From contig RFRK01000001.1 in NCBI GenBank assembly GCA_009924525.1, forward strand, positions 1 through 44,112: a DNA stretch of 44,112 nt, read 5' to 3'. The notes beneath the pieces were generated by a model. It had not been told where the DNA came from. It did not search any database and saw nothing but the letters and a program-made list of their open reading frames with translations. Source of the stretch: Betaproteobacteria bacterium. GTDB lineage: Bacteria; Pseudomonadota; Gammaproteobacteria; Burkholderiales; Burkholderiaceae_A. A program made the position numbers and the translations under genes. Every line of letters begins with the position of its first letter. Positions within the stretch are counted from its first letter, which is position 1. Shown in pieces: positions 20,767-29,777 of the stretch.

Positions 20767-21960
20767 ATGGATCGGTTGTTAGCGAAAGATCCGCCGCCCT
20801 ATCGCGACCTCTGCACGGATTGCGGCGTGTCGCGCACCTCGCAGCCGAAACGTTGTGCCACTGCATGTCAGTTCATTGCACCCGACTACCCCGCAATGGA
20901 GCGGCAGGTTCATGGTCGGTCCCGAAGGCCCCATCAGGCCGATGAGCGATTCTTTGGCCCCTATCAGATTCTGAATCGGGCTTCACTGAAAACCCCCGCA
21001 CCGGGGGCCCAATGGACAGGCATCACCACCCGAATTGCTCAGCGGCTTTTGGAAGAAAAGATGGTGGATGCAGTGCTGACCATGGCACCGGACGATAAGG
21101 ATCGCTGGAGGCCAGTGCCAGTACTCGTTACAGACCCCCAAGACATGGAGCGCTGCCGAGGCATGCGCATGGGCTATGCACCGCTTTTGGCCCTGCTTGA
21201 GCCGGCGTTGCAAAAAGGCATTGAGCGCATCGCCGTGATTGGAATCCCGTGTCAGGTCTACGCACTGCGGGCCTTAGAAAAAGAGCTGGGCTTTAAAAAA
21301 ATCTATGTGATTGGCACACCGTGTTCGGATAACACAACCACCGAGCGGTTTCATGAATTTCTCAAGCTGCTGGCGCCCCACCCAGAGACGATTACTTACC
21401 TCGAATTCTGTGCGGATTACCACGTTGAGATTCGTTTTGATAACGGCAAGAAGAAACGCATTCCTTTTCTGATGTTGCCTTTATCGAAACTGCCCCAGGA
21501 TTTTTTTCCGCTCACTTGCCGCACCTGTGTGGATTACACCAATGTGCTGTCGGATATCACGGTGGGTTATATGGGCGGCGAGGGCCAGCAGTGGCTGATT
21601 GTGCGCAATGACACGGGTGCGGAATTGCTGAGCCTGCTGGGCGATGAAATTCGGCTATCGACACCAGGAAGCGCCGGCAAGCGGCAGGGCGCGGTGAGAG
21701 GATTTTTAAAAAATACACAGCGGGCGGCAGGCGGGCTCCCACTGCGTAGCATGCCAGCGTGGCTGCGACCGATAGTAGGCTGGCTGATGCCGAAAATCGG
21801 TCCCCGGGGCCTTGAGTTTGCGCGCGCCCGTGTGGAGATGAAGGCCATTGAAAGTGTCATTCATTTGCAGCGTGAAGAGCCGCGGCGGATGAAGTCTATG
21901 GTGCCGGATCATGTCTGGCGGCTGGTGAAGCCCTATGGGCTGACACGTGATGAAGGCTAA
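20767..21960 (+). CDS. bciB: FrhB/F420 hydrogenase beta-subunit family Fe-S flavoprotein, most likely ferredoxin-dependent 8-vinyl (bacterio)chlorophyllide reductase BciB
   Basis: LCTDCG-x-C-x3-CQF, GAQWTG, GIPCQV, GTPCSDN, CRTCVDY and VGYMG motifs, as in the BciB/HCAR subgroup of FrhB. The family call is strong; the exact activity is inferred. Confidence 0.72.
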   Translation: MDRLLAKDPPPYRDLCTDCGVSRTSQPKRCATACQFIAPDYPAMERQVHGRSRRPHQADERFFGPYQILNRASLKTPAPGAQWTGITTRIAQRLLEEKMVDAVLTMAPDDKDRWRPVPVLVTDPQDMERCRGMRMGYAPLLALLEPALQKGIERIAVIGIPCQVYALRALEKELGFKKIYVIGTPCSDNTTTERFHEFLKLLAPHPETITYLEFCADYHVEIRFDNGKKKRIPFLMLPLSKLPQDFFPLTCRTCVDYTNVLSDITVGYMGGEGQQWLIVRNDTGAELLSLLGDEIRLSTPGSAGKRQGAVRGFLKNTQRAAGGLPLRSMPAWLRPIVGWLMPKIGPRGLEFARARVEMKAIESVIHLQREEPRRMKSMVPDHVWRLVKPYGLTRDEG

Positions 21961-24900
21961 TGAAAATCCCGCGAGGCAGTCGCTAATGGCCCAATTAGTG
22001 TGTTGAGCAGATCAGATTGATCTTCAACCCGCTGGGCCAAAAGATTGCGGACCTGGCCGGCTGCATGGGGATCAATATGCTGATCACGCTGCCAGGTGCC
22101 GTAGACCAGCATCAACTGAGAATAAAGCACCGCTTTATAAAAGCGCTCTAGGACTTCGGGCTGAATGATCACATTGATCATTCCGGTTTCATCTTCAAGT
22201 GAGATAAAGAGTGTTCCGCGTGCGGTGCTGGGCCGCTGCCGATGGGTCACAAGGCCTGCTGCACGCGCAAGCCGGCCGTGTGCATAACGGTTTAAAACCT
22301 CTGCCGGCTGGGCGCCGAGTTTTATAAGTGTGGGCCGCAGCAGTGCAAGTGGGTGGCGGCCAAGCGTTAGCCCCAGACTCGCGTAGTCGGCAACAACATC
22401 ATCGCCTTCGGAGGGGGCAGATAACTCAGGCATGGATTCGTAAATGGGGGCGGCGCTCAGTAGCGTAGGCCGACGATGCTGTCCGCTACTGGCCCAGACG
22501 GCCTGATGGCGATGGCCGGCAATCGATCGCAGCGCACCAGCGGCAGCCAGCGCATTAAGGTCTCCCCGATCCAGGCCGGCACGCAGCGCCAGATCTTCTA
22601 CCGATGTATAAGGCCGATGCAGCACGGTGTCGTGCATGGCCTGCTCGGAGAGTCCTGCGATTCTGTTTAATCCGAGACGGACTCCGCAGGGCCCAAGATG
22701 TGTTTCAACATGACTGAATTGAACATCTACCGCCAGCACATGGACCCCATTGCGCTTTGCATCTTGAATCAGCTGCGAGGGCGAATAAAAACCGAGTGGC
22801 TGCGCATTAAGCATTGCGGCAAGAAAGGCATCGGGATGATGGCGTTTTATCCAGCAGCTGACATAGACCAGCAGCGCAAAGCTGGCGGCATGAGACTCTG
22901 GAAATCCGTATTCACCAAAGCCTTGGATTTGCCGAAACACCCGATCTGCAAATTCACGGGGATAGCCCCGGGCCAGCATGCCGTTAACAATTCGGCCATA
23001 GAACTGCCCAAGTCCGCCTTTGCGCCGCCATGCTGCCATCGAGCGGCGTAGCTGATCGGCTTCTCCGGCGCTAAAGCCTGCTGCAAGAATCGCCAGCTGC
23101 ATGACCTGCTCTTGAAAGATCGGCACACCGAGTGTCCGGGAGAGGGCCTCGCGGACTGCGGGGCTGGGATAGTCCACGGGCTCAAGCCCCTGGCGTCTGC
23201 GGAGATAAGGATGAACCATGCCACCCTGAATTGGTCCGGGCCGCACGATAGCCACCTCAATCACTAAATCGTAAAAGCATCGCGGCTTTAGCCGCGGCAG
23301 CATTGACATCTGGGCCCGGGATTCAATCTGAAACACGCCGACCGTTTGTGCCGCACAGATCATGTCGTAGGTCGCCGGGTCTTCGGCCGGAATGTCTTGC
23401 ATTTGAAAATCGCGCCCAAGCTTTTGGCCAATTAACTCTAGCCCGCGACGAATGGCCGAAAGCATGCCGAGTGCTAAGACATCGACCTTTAGCAGTCCAA
23501 GTGACTCAAGATCATCTTTATCCCATTGAATTACGCTGCGCTCAGGCATTGAGGCGTTTTCTACGGGCACCAAGTCAGAGAGTCGATGGCGGGCAATCAC
23601 AAATCCGCCGACATGCTGTGATAGGTGCCGAGGTGCACCGATCAGCTGGTTACAAAGCATGGCCCAGCGTTCGCATTGGGCTGCTGATGGTGTAGAAATT
23701 TCATGGCGGTGCGCCAGTAGGGCCGGGCCTTCCAAGGCCTCCTGCATGTGGGTGGCCAGCACTTTGGCATCGACTTGGCGTCCGTCCCACCACTGATGAT
23801 GCTTGGCCACGTGATCGACTAAGGCGGCATGAATGCCCAGGGCCTTGCCGGTATCACGAAGTGCAGAACGGGGCTTATAAGTGGTCACCGATGCGGCCAG
23901 TGCAGCCCGCTTGCGGCCGTATTTTTGATAAATGTATTGAATGACTTCCTCGCGCCGCTGGTGTTCAAAATCCACATCAATATCGGGTGGCTCGTTGCGT
24001 TCTTTAGAAATAAAGCGCTCAAAAAGCATGCTCATGCGGGCAGGATCGACTTCGGTAATGCCTAGGCAATAACAGACTGCAGAGTTGGCGGCCGATCCCC
24101 GGCCCTGACAGAGAATCCCTTTGCTGCGGGCAAAGTCCACAATGTCATAGACCGTTAAAAAGTAAGGCTCATAACGCAGTTCATGGATCAGCTGCAGCTC
24201 ATGCTCAATTTGTTGGCGGACTTTGGGATTAATACCCTCGGGAAAGCGCCGGCGCACACCTTCTTCGGTTAGGTGTCGAAGCCATTGGGTGGGCGTGAGT
24301 CCCGGCGGCACAATTTCTTCGGGATACTCATAGCGCAGTTCATCTAAAGAGAACTGGCAGCGTTTGGCCAGCATCACGGTTGCGGCCATCAGCTCGGGGG
24401 AATAGATGCGAGCCAATCGCAGACGATTGCGCAGATGCTGCTCAGCGTTTGGGGTAAATCGTTTGCCGCAGGCCGCAATGGGCAGGCCATGCCGAATTGC
24501 AGTCAGTGTGTCGGCAAGTGGTTTGCGCGAGCGGCGGTGCATGACCACATCACTGGTGGCGACAAGGCTTACGCGATGCAGTGCTGCCAGGGTCTGTAGA
24601 TGGTCACGCCAGGCGTTATCGTGGCCGCGCAGCAGTAATGCGCAGCCAATATAGAGACGATCTGCAAATAACTCTTTAAGCCGCTGTATCGCCGGGTAAT
24701 GCCGGGCAGGGCTATCACTGGAGTCGCCAATCCAAATCACAAGGCAGTCGGGCAGACCGCTTTGCAGATCTTCAACAGTGAGTCGATATTGGCCTTTGAT
24801 CTCGCGGCGCCGTGTTTGAGTAATCAGCCATCCCAGCTGGGCATAGCCTTGACGTGACATGGCGATCACTGCAATGCGTCCGGCAAGATCTGCACAGGAA

Positions 24901-25100
24901 AATTGGGCCCCAATCAGCAGCTGAATTCCAAGTGGTTTGGCGGCCATATGGGCCTGAACAGCACCTGCCACCGAGGCCTCATCGGTGATGGCGATTGCTC
25001 GATAGCCGAGATGGTGGGCCCGATCAATTAACTCTGCGGGCGCTGAGGCGCCATGCAGAAAAGAGTAGTGGCTGCGGCAGATGAGTTCAGCAAATTCCAT
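21957..25100 (-). CDS. dnaE2: error-prone DNA polymerase DnaE2 (ImuC)
   Basis: N-terminal PHP domain (SF..GAS, ITDE), GRGSAANS, PPDIDVDFE, FPESHA, OB fold and the DnaE2-diagnostic C-terminal SRDFH. Confidence 0.97.
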   Translation of the reverse strand: MEFAELICRSHYSFLHGASAPAELIDRAHHLGYRAIAITDEASVAGAVQAHMAAKPLGIQLLIGAQFSCADLAGRIAVIAMSRQGYAQLGWLITQTRRREIKGQYRLTVEDLQSGLPDCLVIWIGDSSDSPARHYPAIQRLKELFADRLYIGCALLLRGHDNAWRDHLQTLAALHRVSLVATSDVVMHRRSRKPLADTLTAIRHGLPIAACGKRFTPNAEQHLRNRLRLARIYSPELMAATVMLAKRCQFSLDELRYEYPEEIVPPGLTPTQWLRHLTEEGVRRRFPEGINPKVRQQIEHELQLIHELRYEPYFLTVYDIVDFARSKGILCQGRGSAANSAVCYCLGITEVDPARMSMLFERFISKERNEPPDIDVDFEHQRREEVIQYIYQKYGRKRAALAASVTTYKPRSALRDTGKALGIHAALVDHVAKHHQWWDGRQVDAKVLATHMQEALEGPALLAHRHEISTPSAAQCERWAMLCNQLIGAPRHLSQHVGGFVIARHRLSDLVPVENASMPERSVIQWDKDDLESLGLLKVDVLALGMLSAIRRGLELIGQKLGRDFQMQDIPAEDPATYDMICAAQTVGVFQIESRAQMSMLPRLKPRCFYDLVIEVAIVRPGPIQGGMVHPYLRRRQGLEPVDYPSPAVREALSRTLGVPIFQEQVMQLAILAAGFSAGEADQLRRSMAAWRRKGGLGQFYGRIVNGMLARGYPREFADRVFRQIQGFGEYGFPESHAASFALLVYVSCWIKRHHPDAFLAAMLNAQPLGFYSPSQLIQDAKRNGVHVLAVDVQFSHVETHLGPCGVRLGLNRIAGLSEQAMHDTVLHRPYTSVEDLALRAGLDRGDLNALAAAGALRSIAGHRHQAVWASSGQHRRPTLLSAAPIYESMPELSAPSEGDDVVADYASLGLTLGRHPLALLRPTLIKLGAQPAEVLNRYAHGRLARAAGLVTHRQRPSTARGTLFISLEDETGMINVIIQPEVLERFYKAVLYSQLMLVYGTWQRDQHIDPHAAGQVRNLLAQRVEDQSDLLNTLIGPLATASRDFH

Positions 25101-25112
25101 GACGTGGATGGC

Positions 25113-26465
25113 TTAAGAAAAAAATCCATGCAGATACCAGTCATGGGCAGGTGTACGAAAAATCCACAGCAAAGACTGCTGGGGGGATCGGGCAATAAAG
25201 TAGTCGCGCTGCACGATGCTATCGGGCGCTTCATCCCACCACCCGGCCTCAATGCGCTCCGGGCCGCACAGCAGCTGCAGCGGGCCGTGATAGGCCGGCC
25301 GATGTTGCTGCATGGCCAGGGGCAGTGGCTGGCGTAGCAGCCAGGCGGGCCGATGAGGTATCTGCCCGATGTCATGTATCGGCCCTGCAGCAGCATTGTG
25401 CCGGGGCGGCCATGCTGAGGCAGACTCCATCACGCTGTAGTGGACCACTTTTTCTGGGCGATGTTCATCCTCAATGGAGAGTTGGCAGACCCGATCGGTG
25501 CCCAGACGGGCCTGCAAGCGTTCAATCAGTTCATGCATGGCCTGCTCGGATTCATGGCCATTACCAAGAAAATCTTCTGTCCGATGGGGCAGATCAATCA
25601 CTTCATTGACAGTGATGGCAATTCCATAGGCGGGCCGTGGCAGACGAAATCGAATCAGTCGCTCGCTCAGAATTCGGGAAAATCGTTGCACATCACGTGT
25701 CGGCCCCGCACAGCGAAGTTCAAATCGACTATGCGGCGGGCCATCATGCAAGAGCTCTAGTTCAATAGCCATGACGCCGGCCTGCCGTGCTAACAGCCAG
25801 GCCGATAGGGCATGTAGACAAGGCATAAATGCCCGCTCAATCATTTCATTTTGTTCCGCCCGTGCAGGCAGTTCGCGCTCAAGATGAAATCTTGCCGTCT
25901 GCTGAATCCAGACATAGGATTCATTGCGTCGGCCCTCTGCGGCATCTAAGGCATCAAGTGCCAATGCGCCAAAGCGGCGTGTGATGCCGTGGCGCGGAAG
26001 CTTTTTAAATTGGCCAATGGTATGTATGCCCATGCGGGCAAGAATTTCCAGATGTGGACGGAGTTCTTCAATGACGGTAAGCGGTAAAGCGTCTAGGCCA
26101 TTGATGTGATTCCAGCATTGCTCTTGCAGGCCTAAGGCCTGCCAGCAGGCCGCATGGCCAGTCGGCCCGCTGGCAATCGCAAGCGCGTCGTCCCCCGACC
26201 ATCCCAGGGCTTCGCTGCCGTGGATGACTTTGCACATCAGGCGTTCTGCACCACCCCAGAGCCGAAGACTGGCGCTGACTTCCATCAGCACCGCATGGGC
26301 CCATCCGGTGATCGTGACGCAGGGGGTGAACTGCAGCGCCCATTGGGCGAGTCTGCCAGCGGCCTGCTGCGCGGTTTCAGCGGTGTGCTGGCGAACGCTG
26401 GGAGGCAGCGGCTGGTGAAAGGGAGCCAGGTAACGACGGGGAAGAATGCATGCGATCCACAGCAT
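25113..26465 (-). CDS. imuB: ImuB, Y-family polymerase-like mutasome subunit
   Basis: QFTP.V, EVSASLRLWGG, ERLQARLG, HRPE, RPAWLL, GPERIEAGWW, RDYF and WYLHGFF. Start moved to ATG 26465 (MLWIA). Confidence 0.92.
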   Translation of the reverse strand: MLWIACILPRRYLAPFHQPLPPSVRQHTAETAQQAAGRLAQWALQFTPCVTITGWAHAVLMEVSASLRLWGGAERLMCKVIHGSEALGWSGDDALAIASGPTGHAACWQALGLQEQCWNHINGLDALPLTVIEELRPHLEILARMGIHTIGQFKKLPRHGITRRFGALALDALDAAEGRRNESYVWIQQTARFHLERELPARAEQNEMIERAFMPCLHALSAWLLARQAGVMAIELELLHDGPPHSRFELRCAGPTRDVQRFSRILSERLIRFRLPRPAYGIAITVNEVIDLPHRTEDFLGNGHESEQAMHELIERLQARLGTDRVCQLSIEDEHRPEKVVHYSVMESASAWPPRHNAAAGPIHDIGQIPHRPAWLLRQPLPLAMQQHRPAYHGPLQLLCGPERIEAGWWDEAPDSIVQRDYFIARSPQQSLLWIFRTPAHDWYLHGFFS

Positions 26466-27162
26466 GGTGATGGGCTGTTTGTCGTGTTGGGGCCGCTGAT
26501 GGAGCAGCGATGATGGCGTCGTGGTCTTGCAGTGGACGCAGGCCGCTGCCGGGGATGGGAATTGCAATATCAATTGGTGCTGACATCACTGGCCCACGGC
26601 GTTTGATGATTTGCACAGCCAAATCTGGATAACGGCGGGGCAGCAGCAACATACGCAGTGGTGCAGGAGAGGGATGGTCCTGTGCTGCGAAGGGGCGAAA
26701 TACAAACACTAGGCCCTGGGTGGCGCTGGCGGCCAGCTGAAGCCTTCGGATGAGTTCAGGCCGGGTGCCGCCCTGATGGTCGAGCCATGTGATGAGCGCG
26801 CCAAATTGATTGCTTTTGATGGATTGCTCGACTGCCCAGAGCTTATCGATAGGCCGATCCGCCTGGACGATCAGAATTTTTCGATGATCAATTCCCATGG
26901 CCTCAAATGCAGGCGCATAAGGCGTATGGGGTGGTGCGAGCAGCACAACATGCTGTCCGGCCTGTGTCAGATTTCGCAGCGTGGGCGCAAGAAATCGCAG
27001 CTCGCCGATGCCCATGTGCTGCACCAAGAGTTCAGTTAGGCTGCCACGTGGCCAGCCGTTGCCCGGCAGTTCACGATCCAGCAGGCGAAAACTGCTGCTG
27101 ATACCACTGCTGATGCCTGCCTGGTGCAGTGATTGGCCCTTCCAGACTGCCGGATGAATCAC
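26377..27162 (-). CDS. imuA: ImuA, translesion synthesis-associated RecA/SulA-like protein
   Basis: [38 protein letters not shown] and KRRGP. GTG start overlapping the lexA stop. Confidence 0.92.
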   Translation of the reverse strand: MIHPAVWKGQSLHQAGISSGISSSFRLLDRELPGNGWPRGSLTELLVQHMGIGELRFLAPTLRNLTQAGQHVVLLAPPHTPYAPAFEAMGIDHRKILIVQADRPIDKLWAVEQSIKSNQFGALITWLDHQGGTRPELIRRLQLAASATQGLVFVFRPFAAQDHPSPAPLRMLLLPRRYPDLAVQIIKRRGPVMSAPIDIAIPIPGSGLRPLQDHDAIIAAPSAAPTRQTAHHHAVDRMHSSPSLPGSLSPAAASQRSPAHR

Positions 27163-27806
27163 GATAAGACTCTGGGGTTACGAATGACACCAATGCCCAG
27201 ACCCTCAATAGCCAGATCAGGATCGCTGTCAGGCACAACAATAGGCTTGAATGCGGGATTCTCGGGCAGAAGATGAATCTCGCGGCCCTGATGTTGAAAG
27301 CGCTTTACGGTGACCTCATCGTGCAGGCGGGCCACTACGATCTGGCCATTGCGAAGCTGCGACATACCGGAGATTTTTTTCACTGCTAAGAGATCATCTT
27401 CCAGGATGCCGGCATCACGCATGCTCATGCCGCGGACTTTTAAGAAGTAATCCGGCATCTGGGCAAATAGGCCGGGGTCAATGCTGTAGTGGGCCTCGAT
27501 GTGTTCCTGAGCCAGCATGGGCTGGCCTGCTGCTACCCGGCCGATAAGAGGAATACCCAGGCCTGCCTCTTCAGCAAAAGCAGCACGAGGCGCGGCATGC
27601 AGCAATCGAATCCCGCGGGAGGTGCCTGAGCTCAGACTGATGGCGCCTTTGCGCTCTAAGGCCCGAAGATGCTCTTCGGCTGCATTGGGGGATTTAAAGC
27701 CCAGGGCGTTGCAGATATCCATGCGGGTAGGGGGAAAGCCGGTCTTGGCGATGTGGGCGCTGATCAGGTCAAGAATTTCCTGCTGTCGGGGGGTCAGAGT
27801 CTTCAT
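27159..27806 (-). CDS. lexA: SOS repressor LexA (E. coli-type recognition helix)
   Basis: [21 protein letters not shown], cleavage site VAAG, catalytic GMSM Ser and VTVKR Lys. Confidence 0.97.
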   Translation of the reverse strand: MKTLTPRQQEILDLISAHIAKTGFPPTRMDICNALGFKSPNAAEEHLRALERKGAISLSSGTSRGIRLLHAAPRAAFAEEAGLGIPLIGRVAAGQPMLAQEHIEAHYSIDPGLFAQMPDYFLKVRGMSMRDAGILEDDLLAVKKISGMSQLRNGQIVVARLHDEVTVKRFQHQGREIHLLPENPAFKPIVVPDSDPDLAIEGLGIGVIRNPRVLS

Positions 27807-27822
27807 GGGGTCCGAAATCAGT

Positions 27823-27842
27823 TACTGGATAGACGTACAGTA
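27823..27842. promoter_or_regulatory. SOS (LexA) box
   Basis: TACTG-GATAGACGTA-CAGTA, which is CTG-N10-CAG with palindromic TA flanks, 16 nt upstream of the lexA ATG. Confidence 0.9.
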
Positions 27843-27865
27843 CTGGGTTCATGGATAAACTGCAA
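27837..27865 (-). promoter_or_regulatory. sigma70-like promoter of lexA-imuA-imuB-dnaE2
   Basis: The minus strand reads TTGCAG (27865-27860), a 17-nt spacer, then TACTGT (27842-27837). The -10 hexamer is one half-site of the SOS box. Confidence 0.65.
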
Positions 27866-27921
27866 GCGTCTAATCCACGGTTGTTTTGGATTTCCTTACC
27901 TAGATCCGGTTAATTTCCCCT

Positions 27922-28947
27922 ATGCCCACACCGAATTCGCCGTCTGCAGCCCCTGATCGCCCTTCCGGCAACCCGTTTTTAGACGCTACGCCAATCGGCG
28001 CCTTTGCCATGGTGATGGGCTTATCGGGTCTGGCCCTGGTCTGGGGCAAGCTGGCTAACCTCGGCTGGCTGCCGGGCCTTGCTGGGCCGTTAGCGGTTGT
28101 GTTTTCGGCAATCGATGGCCTGGCCTTTGTGCTGCTTTTAGCGCTGTATGCCAAGAAGTGGGCCCGCAATCATGAGCGGGTCTACGAGGAATGGCAGCAT
28201 CCGGTGAAGTCATCGTTTTTTGCGGCTGTATCAGTTTCTTTTGCGCTGACGGCAACCGTGGCGCTCGGGGCCTTTGCGCCGCTGGCGCTGCCGCTATGGA
28301 TCATCGGCGCTGTGCTGCAAGTCATTGCGATGGTTATGGTGCTTAACGCCTGGATTCATCGTGAGAGCCTTCAGCCCCCGCATGCCACGCCGGCCTGGTT
28401 TATTCCTGCTGTGGCCAATGTGGTGCTGCCGCTTGCAGGGGTACGGCTGGGTTTTTTAGAAGTCTCCTGGTGGTTTTTCGCAGTCGGAATGTTGTTCTGG
28501 CTGGTGCTGCTGACTGTGGTGCTGCAGCGGCTGCTGTTTGTGCAGCCCGCACTGCCTGAGCGCCTGGTGCCAACCCTTTGCATTTTGCTGGCGCCGCCTG
28601 CAGTTGCATTTTTATCCTGGCTTCAGCTCACCGGCCAGCATCCTGGATCGGCCCCGCTGGATGCGATGGGCCATGTGCTGTTTGGCATCGCTATATTTTT
28701 TGCATTGTTTTTATTCACACAGATTCGGCGTTTTCTGCGGCTGTCGTTTTATGTGTCGTGGTGGGCCTTTTCATTTCCGAGTGCCGCATTTACCAATGCG
28801 GCGTTGGTCTACGCTCAATTTGAAAGCAGCGCATTTAATCAGGCCTTAGCGGTGGCGATGGCGGCATTTTCGACTCTGCTGATTCTTTGGCTTTTGATGC
28901 GCACCATTGTGGCCGTGGCTCGTAATGAGCCGCAGCTCACCGATTAA
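27922..28947 (+). CDS. SLAC1/TehA (TDT family) anion channel
   Basis: FAMVMGLSGL, EWQHPVKSSFF, TPAWFIP.V, ILLAPPA and SWWAFSFP (Phe gate region). About 10 TM segments. Confidence 0.9.
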   Translation: MPTPNSPSAAPDRPSGNPFLDATPIGAFAMVMGLSGLALVWGKLANLGWLPGLAGPLAVVFSAIDGLAFVLLLALYAKKWARNHERVYEEWQHPVKSSFFAAVSVSFALTATVALGAFAPLALPLWIIGAVLQVIAMVMVLNAWIHRESLQPPHATPAWFIPAVANVVLPLAGVRLGFLEVSWWFFAVGMLFWLVLLTVVLQRLLFVQPALPERLVPTLCILLAPPAVAFLSWLQLTGQHPGSAPLDAMGHVLFGIAIFFALFLFTQIRRFLRLSFYVSWWAFSFPSAAFTNAALVYAQFESSAFNQALAVAMAAFSTLLILWLLMRTIVAVARNEPQLTD

Positions 28948-29571
28948 TCAAAGCGCAAGCTTTACCGCAAATCCGATAAATAAGGCGCCCACCGTGGCCT
29001 TGCCGGTCGCGGCAATCCAGGGGGTCTGACTGAAGCGTTTTGAAAGCCGCGTGCCGCCAAGAATCAGCGCGGAGAGATACAGCGCGCTGATTATTTGCAC
29101 GATGATGCCAAGAATCAGAAATGACAGTGCGGGCTGGCTGAAGTTCGGATCAACAAACTGAATAAAAAAAGAAATAAAAAACATAATCGCCTTAGGGTTC
29201 AGCAGGCTGATCACCAGCGCGGTTTGAAAGGGCTTCTGCATACCCAGGCGTTGCTGGGAGGGTGGTGCTGTGGTTTTCGATAGCGCCGCCCGAATCAGCC
29301 CGAGTCCCAGCCAGCATAAATATCCTGCGCCGGCATACTTCAGCAGCGCGAATGCGGCTGGTGATGCGTGCAGGGCCGAAGCGGCCCCGGTGGCCGCCAG
29401 TAGCATCAGCACCGTATCCCCAACAAAGATGCCGCAGGCTCCAAGATAGCCAGCCAGCAGACCCTGTCGTGAGGCCAGGGTCATGACATAAAGAGAGTTG
29501 GGGCCGGGCAGCAGCACGATAAAAATCGTGCCAAGAATAAAAGTGCTGAGGTCAGTGATGCCGGTGGCCAC
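28948..29571 (-). CDS. leuE: LysE/RhtB family exporter, LeuE-like
   Basis: GITDL..F..GT.FIVLLPGPNSLYV, KYAGA.YL and LLNPKAI.FF.SFF.QF. GTG at 29571 chosen because the longer ORF overlaps the tautomerase gene. Confidence 0.8.
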   Translation of the reverse strand: MATGITDLSTFILGTIFIVLLPGPNSLYVMTLASRQGLLAGYLGACGIFVGDTVLMLLAATGAASALHASPAAFALLKYAGAGYLCWLGLGLIRAALSKTTAPPSQQRLGMQKPFQTALVISLLNPKAIMFFISFFIQFVDPNFSQPALSFLILGIIVQIISALYLSALILGGTRLSKRFSQTPWIAATGKATVGALFIGFAVKLAL

Positions 29572-29578
29572 GCTGGTT

Positions 29579-29764
29579 TTACTGATCGCTGTGGAGTTTC
29601 CCGCCGGTGGCCCAGTCGCTTTTTTTAATGTCGTAAAAAATGACATCCACTGCCTGGGGGCTGCAGCCCAGCACCTGGACTGAGGCCTCTGTTAACGTTT
29701 TCGCATATTGCCGTTTTTGTTCTTCCGTGCGGCCTTCAAACATTTCAACTCGAATCGTGGGCAT
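29579..29764 (-). CDS. 4-oxalocrotonate tautomerase family protein (61 aa)
   Basis: M-P start (catalytic Pro1), GRTEEQK and WATGG. SD-like GAAAGGAAG upstream of ATG 29764. Confidence 0.92.
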   Translation of the reverse strand: MPTIRVEMFEGRTEEQKRQYAKTLTEASVQVLGCSPQAVDVIFYDIKKSDWATGGKLHSDQ

Positions 29765-29777
29765 AAAACTTCCTTTC

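Noticed and set aside
20767-21960. Literal F420-reducing hydrogenase or methanogen-type metabolism
   Set aside because: No hydrogenase alpha/gamma subunits or F420 genes are nearby, and the motifs fit the stand-alone BciB/HCAR subgroup.
27095-27117. 12-nt near-duplication in imuA (GISSGISS)
   Set aside because: Only two imperfect in-frame copies in a variable N-terminus, with no functional signal.
27843-27862. Possible second SOS box or a LexA2-type GTAC-N4-GTRC box
   Set aside because: CTG at 27843 is followed after 10 nt by TAA rather than CAG, and the two GTAC words (27835, 27840) do not give the LexA2 spacing. At most a decayed site.
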